Source of the DNA: Ostreococcus tauri
Taxonomy: Eukaryota
DNA length: 20,822 bases
Assembly: GCA_000214015.2 (NCBI GenBank)
Contig: CAID01000006.2
Span: 613,063 to 633,884, forward strand
Direction: 5' to 3'
The position numbers and the translations under genes are program-made. Below, one piece after another: positions 18,007-20,822 of this stretch (position 1 is its first letter; each line of letters begins with the position of its first letter). The notes beneath the pieces were generated by a model. It saw nothing but the letters and a program-made list of their open reading frames with translations, had not been told where the DNA came from and made no database searches.

Positions 18007-18155
18007 CCCGCGCGTTTCGCCTCTTCCACGCGTTTCGCCGCCGTCCGCAGCGGTTCGTCGAACGCGTACGCGCCCGAGACGACACCCACGAGCGCGGCGA
18101 CGACGGGCGTCACCGCGTCGCCGCGCAGGAGGCGTCGACCGCGACGGGTGAACAT
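18003..18155 (-). CDS. Candidate 50-aa small membrane protein or upstream ORF. Its stop overlaps the DNMT2 start codon (ATGA).
   Basis: It runs from ATG 18155 to TGA 18003-18005 and translates to MFTRRGRRLLRGDAVTPVVAALVGVVSGAYAFDEPLRTAAKRVEEAKRAG. That gives a basic N-terminus, one ~19-aa hydrophobic helix and a charged tail. By hand count, GC3 is about 82% (41 of 50 codons), matching real genes here. The minus strand reads GGG ATG A, with the DNMT2 ATG at 18006-18004 and this ORF's TGA at 18005-18003. Confidence 0.4.
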   Translation of the reverse strand: MFTRRGRRLLRGDAVTPVVAALVGVVSGAYAFDEPLRTAAKRVEEAKRAG

Positions 18156-18196
18156 GTCTGTCGTCCGCCATCCGTGTGTCCGAGGGCATGCACCGC

Positions 18197-18403
18197 GAAC
18201 CCTAGATTTCGCCCCGCATACTTTTTTAGTGTCTTTTCCGTCCCACAACGCTGTATTCCGAATGGACGCGAGGCCGTGTGCGTGCGGGCGACGATCCCAT
18301 GGGCGCCATCTCCGTGTGAACCCTAGGTTTCGCCCCGCATACTTTTTTAATGTCTTTTCCGTCCCACAACGCCGTATTCCGAATGGACGCGAGCCCGTGT
18401 GCG
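18197..18403. repeat. Two direct copies of an 86-bp element (18197-18282 and 18318-18403; period 121 bp; 82/86 identical) in the divergent promoter region.
   Basis: Copy 1 is GAACCCTAGATTTCGCCCCGCATACTTTTTTAGTGTCTTTTCCGTCCCACAACGCTGTATTCCGAATGGACGCGAGGCCGTGTGCG. Copy 2 differs at 4 positions. The copies are separated by a 35-bp unrelated spacer. Confidence 0.9.
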
Positions 18404-18420
18404 AGGGATCGCGCGCACGC

Positions 18421-18430
18421 GTGACGTCAC
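18421..18430. promoter_or_regulatory. Perfect 10-bp palindrome GTGACGTCAC (a CRE/C-box-type bZIP site), about 90 bp upstream of the PDZ-rubredoxin ATG.
   Basis: The sequence was read directly. The regulatory role is inferred only from its position and its resemblance to ACGT-core bZIP sites. Confidence 0.25.
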
Positions 18431-18520
18431 CGCGTCGGGACGCGCGCGAGGACGCGCGCGATCGACACACCCGCGCCGTCGTCGCGAGCGACCGACGAGC
18501 GGGGCGACGAGACGAGAGAC

Positions 18521-19213
18521 ATGCCCGCCGCCGCGGTCTCGAGCGCGCGCGCGAGCGCGTTCGCGCGAGGATGCGCCGTGGACGCGCGATCGACCGCGCG
18601 CGCGCGCGAGGGTCGCCGCGCGCGCGCGCTCGTCGTCCGGGCGCAGGAGATCCAGGTGAGCGTGGATAAACCCCTGGGGTTGACGTTCAAGGAGCGCGGT
18701 GACGGCCGACCCGGGGTGCAGATCGCCGGGTGCAAAGGGAACGCCGCGAAGGCTGGGTTGAAGGCTGGGGACGTCGTCAAGTATCACTCATCCTTCTTCG
18801 GCGACGAACTGTGGCCGGCGGACGCGCTGGCGTTCACGCGAAGCGCGATCTCTGCGTGCCCGAACACGGTTGATTTCATCGTTGTTCGAGGACAGGCGGA
18901 CTTTGACGTGAAGCGATTGCCGAAACTTCCGGCGCCGCCAAAGTTTGGGCGTAAGCTCAGCGCCGCGCAGAAAGAGCGCGCGTCGCACATTTGCGTCGAT
19001 TGCGGCTACGTCTACACGCTCCCGACGCCGTTCGGTGAGCAACCCAAGAGCTATGTGTGCCCGCAGTGCAACGCACCGAAGAGTCGATTCGCGCCGTACG
19101 ACGTCGAGACGGGTCGCGCCAAGGGCGGCGGACTCAGCACGCCGATCATCACCGTCGTCTCCACCGTCGCCGGTCTCGGTGGCATGGTGTACTTCTTGAA
19201 AGATATGTTCTAA
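18521..19213 (+). CDS. ENH1: Chloroplast-type PDZ-domain plus rubredoxin-domain protein with a C-terminal membrane anchor (ENH1-like).
   Basis: It starts at a genuine ATG. The N-terminus is Ala/Arg/Ser-rich and transit-peptide-like. A PDZ-like segment follows (KPLGLTFKERGDGRPGVQIAGCKGNAAKAGLKAGDVV). The rubredoxin metal site is CVDCGYVY...CPQCNAPKSRF. The C-terminal hydrophobic helix is PIITVVSTVAGLGGMVYFL. This architecture matches Arabidopsis ENH1 (PDZ + rubredoxin, chloroplast). Confidence 0.8.
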   Translation: MPAAAVSSARASAFARGCAVDARSTARAREGRRARALVVRAQEIQVSVDKPLGLTFKERGDGRPGVQIAGCKGNAAKAGLKAGDVVKYHSSFFGDELWPADALAFTRSAISACPNTVDFIVVRGQADFDVKRLPKLPAPPKFGRKLSAAQKERASHICVDCGYVYTLPTPFGEQPKSYVCPQCNAPKSRFAPYDVETGRAKGGGLSTPIITVVSTVAGLGGMVYFLKDMF

Positions 19214-19383
19214 TTTCACGCGAATAGTGTAACGAACAGATATATCTCGTCCGTTCCTCGTCGTCGACCGCCGAGCTTGATCCGTCGCGCGCGCGACTTG
19301 TGTACTATCGGTACACGCGCAATGAATGCTTTTCTTACAATTTTCTTCGTTCCATCACCCGTAATCGACGCGCGATGATCACG

Positions 19384-20208
19384 TTAATCGATAACGATGA
19401 CCGCATTCGAAGATGATTCAACCTTCGTCGCGCTCGTTCGAGGGTGCTTCGGAAACTCCACAGCGACCGTGCTGGGTGGAATCATTCGATACGTCCCGAG
19501 CGCCGCGTCGACGTCATCCTGAAATCGACAGCGGCGAATCGTACGAAAGCCCTCCTCCTTCGTCGGCGGCGCGTTATCCTTGCGTCGCATCTGCATCTGC
19601 ACCACTCGCACCGCACCATCACCCTCGACGCCACCGGGATGATTCCTACGCGCTCTCGCCCGCTCCTGATACGTCGTCGTCGGTTGGTTGAACCACACGC
19701 AGTGTAAATCGCACGGCGGCGTCGACGCCTTCGCCAGCGCCACGAAATCTTCCCTCTGCTCCCGACTCAGCCCACAACGATCGATCACCACGTGTTTACC
19801 CTCGCACACACCCCGTTTCGCCACCGACACGCACTGCCGTCGCGTCCCTCTGCGCCCGTCCCGCACCGTGTCCTGATTCGACACCGTCCACCGCCCCGTC
19901 GCCCGCAACCGCTCCGAGAACGTGCTCTTCCCCGACCCGCTCGGTCCCACGAGCACGAGCACGACGGGCGCACCCGTGGACGCGGGCGTCATCGCGCCCG
20001 CGCGTCCGACGCCGTGCGTCGCGCGCGCGACGTCCGCGTCCGCGTCTCGTCCGATTTCGCGTCGCGCCCGCCCCCCGCGTCGCCGCGCCTCGATCCACCC
20101 CGCGCCCGGCGCCCCGTCGGTGGCGTCGTCGTCGTCGTCGTCGTCGTCGACCGTCTCGACGCGCGCGCGCGACATCGAGCGCGGCGTCGCGCGATGAAGT
20201 GGGCCCAT
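19384..20208 (-). CDS. P-loop kinase of the AAA_33 / polynucleotide-kinase-like type. The start is uncertain: candidate ATGs are at 20208, 20175 and 19992.
   Basis: Walker A is VLVLVGPSGSGKSTF, followed by WTVSNQD, HVVIDRCGLSREQREDF, RRNHPGGVEG and EEGFRTIRRCRF, a pattern typical of PNK-like kinase domains. The track's start at 20370 is a GTG. The N-terminal extension contains a D8 run encoded by (GTC)8 on the plus strand. Confidence 0.7.
   Translation of the reverse strand: MGPLHRATPRSMSRARVETVDDDDDDDDATDGAPGAGWIEARRRGGRARREIGRDADADVARATHGVGRAGAMTPASTGAPVVLVLVGPSGSGKSTFSERLRATGRWTVSNQDTVRDGRRGTRRQCVSVAKRGVCEGKHVVIDRCGLSREQREDFVALAKASTPPCDLHCVWFNQPTTTYQERARARRNHPGGVEGDGAVRVVQMQMRRKDNAPPTKEEGFRTIRRCRFQDDVDAALGTYRMIPPSTVAVEFPKHPRTSATKVESSSNAVIVID
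20125..20148. repeat. (GTC)8 microsatellite; it encodes Asp8 on the minus strand in the kinase N-terminal extension.
   Basis: Read directly from the sequence. Confidence 0.9.
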
Positions 20209-20256
20209 GAATGTGCGCTCGCGTTCGACGACCGCATTCGACGCCGCGCGCGCGAT

Positions 20257-20529
20257 ATGGCGACGCCGACGACGCCACCGCGCGTGGTCGGGGCGAACGG
20301 GCGCGCCGCGATCGCGGCCGCGCTCGCGCTCGCGCTCTCGGCGCGGCTGGCGTGGCAGAAGTGGGAACACGATGCGATGGTGATGACGCTGCGGGAGGAG
20401 CTGGCGCGCGAGCGCGAGGCGCGAACGGCGTGCGAGGGACGCGGGTGGTTCGCCCGGCGCGAGGCGCGGGGCGCGGGCGCGGCGCGAGGGCGCGGGGGGG
20501 GGGGAGGGCGAGGGAGTGGGATGTATTGA
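20257..20529 (+). CDS. Possible 90-aa protein with an N-terminal hydrophobic anchor, a coiled-coil-like segment and a Gly/Arg tail.
   Basis: It runs from ATG 20257 and translates to MATPTTPPRVVGANGRAAIAAALALALSARLAWQKWEHDAMVMTLREELAREREAR... GC3 is very high. It sits between the kinase gene's 5' end and the convergent gene at the right edge. The surrounding GC-rich sequence makes spurious ORFs common, and the ORF contains a G11 run. Confidence 0.3.
   Translation: MATPTTPPRVVGANGRAAIAAALALALSARLAWQKWEHDAMVMTLREELAREREARTACEGRGWFARREARGAGAARGRGGGGGRGSGMY
20494..20520 (+). repeat. G11 homopolymer followed by three GGG tracts, giving a canonical G-quadruplex motif.
   Basis: The sequence is GGGGGGGGGGG A GGG CGA GGG AGT GGG. 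Confidence 0.8.
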
Positions 20530-20596
20530 GCCGCGCGCGGCGCGAGACGCGAACGTCGCGCGAGTCCGGGGCTAGGGACGCGCTTCGAGTGCGGTG

Positions 20597-20821
20597 CTAT
20601 TCCGCTGTTTCGTCGTCGCCGTCGTCGTCGATGAATGTGGCGACGTACGGGGCCAGGGCGAGGGCGGCGGCGAGCCTGAGCGGGACGAACAGACGGACGA
20701 CGTTGATGAATACGGCTCCGGCGCCAAAGAGTTTCGCCTTGTCGACGGGGTCCGAGAGGTCGAGCCACGTGCCCTCGGCGACTTTGTACCACGCAAATGC
20801 GAGCGGGCCGGCGATGGCCCA
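20597..20821 (-). CDS. 3' end (74 codons plus stop) of a membrane-protein gene that continues beyond the right window edge; possibly DUF1279/FAM210-like.
   Basis: It is absent from the ORF track because it has no start within the window. My hand translation of the minus strand is WAIAGPLAFAWYKVAEGTWLDLSDPVDKAKLFGAGAVFINVVRLFVPLRLAAALALAPYVATFIDDDGDDETAE*, with stop TAG at 20597-20599. GC3 is high and the segments are hydrophobic. The family assignment is a weak impression from memory. Confidence 0.55.
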   Translation of the reverse strand, partial: WAIAGPLAFAWYKVAEGTWLDLSDPVDKAKLFGAGAVFINVVRLFVPLRLAAALALAPYVATFIDDDGDDETAE

Positions 20822-20822
20822 G

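Noticed and set aside
18197-18403. The 86-bp repeat copies as small RNA genes (a U5-snRNA-like CUUUU...UUCCGU stretch, a snoRNA, or a Pol III unit ending at T6).
   Set aside because: The invariant U5 loop GCCUUUUAC and an Sm site are absent. I could find no C/D or H/ACA boxes. Only about 25 nt of conserved sequence lies upstream of the T6 run, which is too short for a Pol III transcript.
17725-18787. ORF 17725-18669 (+, 314 aa), the minus-strand ORFs 18347-18787 and 18427-18780, and the portion of ORF 18003-18470 upstream of Met-106.
   Set aside because: They run antisense through DNMT2 or across the 86-bp repeats and promoter. They are Arg-rich low-complexity. Only the last 50 codons of 18003-18470 look coding, and those are reported separately.
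19301-19317. A small hairpin, GTGTAC-TATCG-GTACAC, in the convergent 3' region between the PDZ-rubredoxin and kinase genes.
   Set aside because: The stem is only 6 bp. Hairpins this small occur frequently by chance, and eukaryotic mRNA 3' ends do not rely on such terminators.
19792-20792. ORF 19792-20529 (+, 245 aa) and ORF 19989-20792 (-, 267 aa).
   Set aside because: Their upstream parts are antisense to the P-loop kinase gene and are Arg/Pro-rich. Only the ATG-initiated tail 20257-20529 is kept, as a low-confidence candidate. The 19989-20792 frame conflicts with both the kinase frame and the right-edge gene frame.
1-20822. Prokaryote-style novel systems: CRISPR arrays, operons, defence islands, toxin-antitoxin pairs.
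   Set aside because: No spacer-repeat arrays are present; the only tandem repeats are trinucleotide runs and the 2-copy 86-bp element. The genes are eukaryotic housekeeping types on alternating strands with individual promoters. The adjacency of DNMT2, the PNK-like kinase and the tRNA gene is not evidence of a functional system in a eukaryotic genome.

Overview
This window looks like compact, GC-rich, intron-poor eukaryotic nuclear DNA, not prokaryotic DNA. The gene content is eEF3, a transit-peptide-bearing PDZ-rubredoxin protein, DNMT2, a CHD1-type remodeler and an AVT1-type transporter. With intergenic spacers of roughly 60-500 bp, this suggests a prasinophyte green alga of the Ostreococcus/Micromonas type (inference only). 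The ORF track counts GTG/TTG/CTG as starts, so I re-derived ATG starts by hand. Left to right: (1) a 5'-truncated MULE-type transposase ORF, lower in GC than the rest, followed by a ~480-bp AT-rich block packed with short repeats; (2) tRNA-Leu(AAG) on the minus strand; (3) eEF3; (4) a CHD1-like remodeler (-); (5) an AVT1-like amino-acid transporter whose frame is broken at a G6 run; (6) an orphan protein with a signal peptide; (7) a large orphan protein; (8) DNMT2/TRDMT1 (-), preceded by a 50-codon coding-like ORF whose TGA overlaps the DNMT2 ATG; (9) a 95%-identical 86-bp direct repeat in the DNMT2/PDZ-rubredoxin divergent promoter; (10) an ENH1-like PDZ-rubredoxin protein; (11) a P-loop polynucleotide-kinase-like protein (-); (12) a possible 90-aa ORF; (13) the 3' end of a membrane-protein gene (-) running off the right edge. 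I found no CRISPR array, operon or defence-island-like system. The items most worth a second look are the transposon repeat array, the transporter frameshift, the candidate dicistronic small-ORF/DNMT2 arrangement and the duplicated promoter element. Many long ORFs in the track are GC-bias artefacts antisense to or overlapping real genes.
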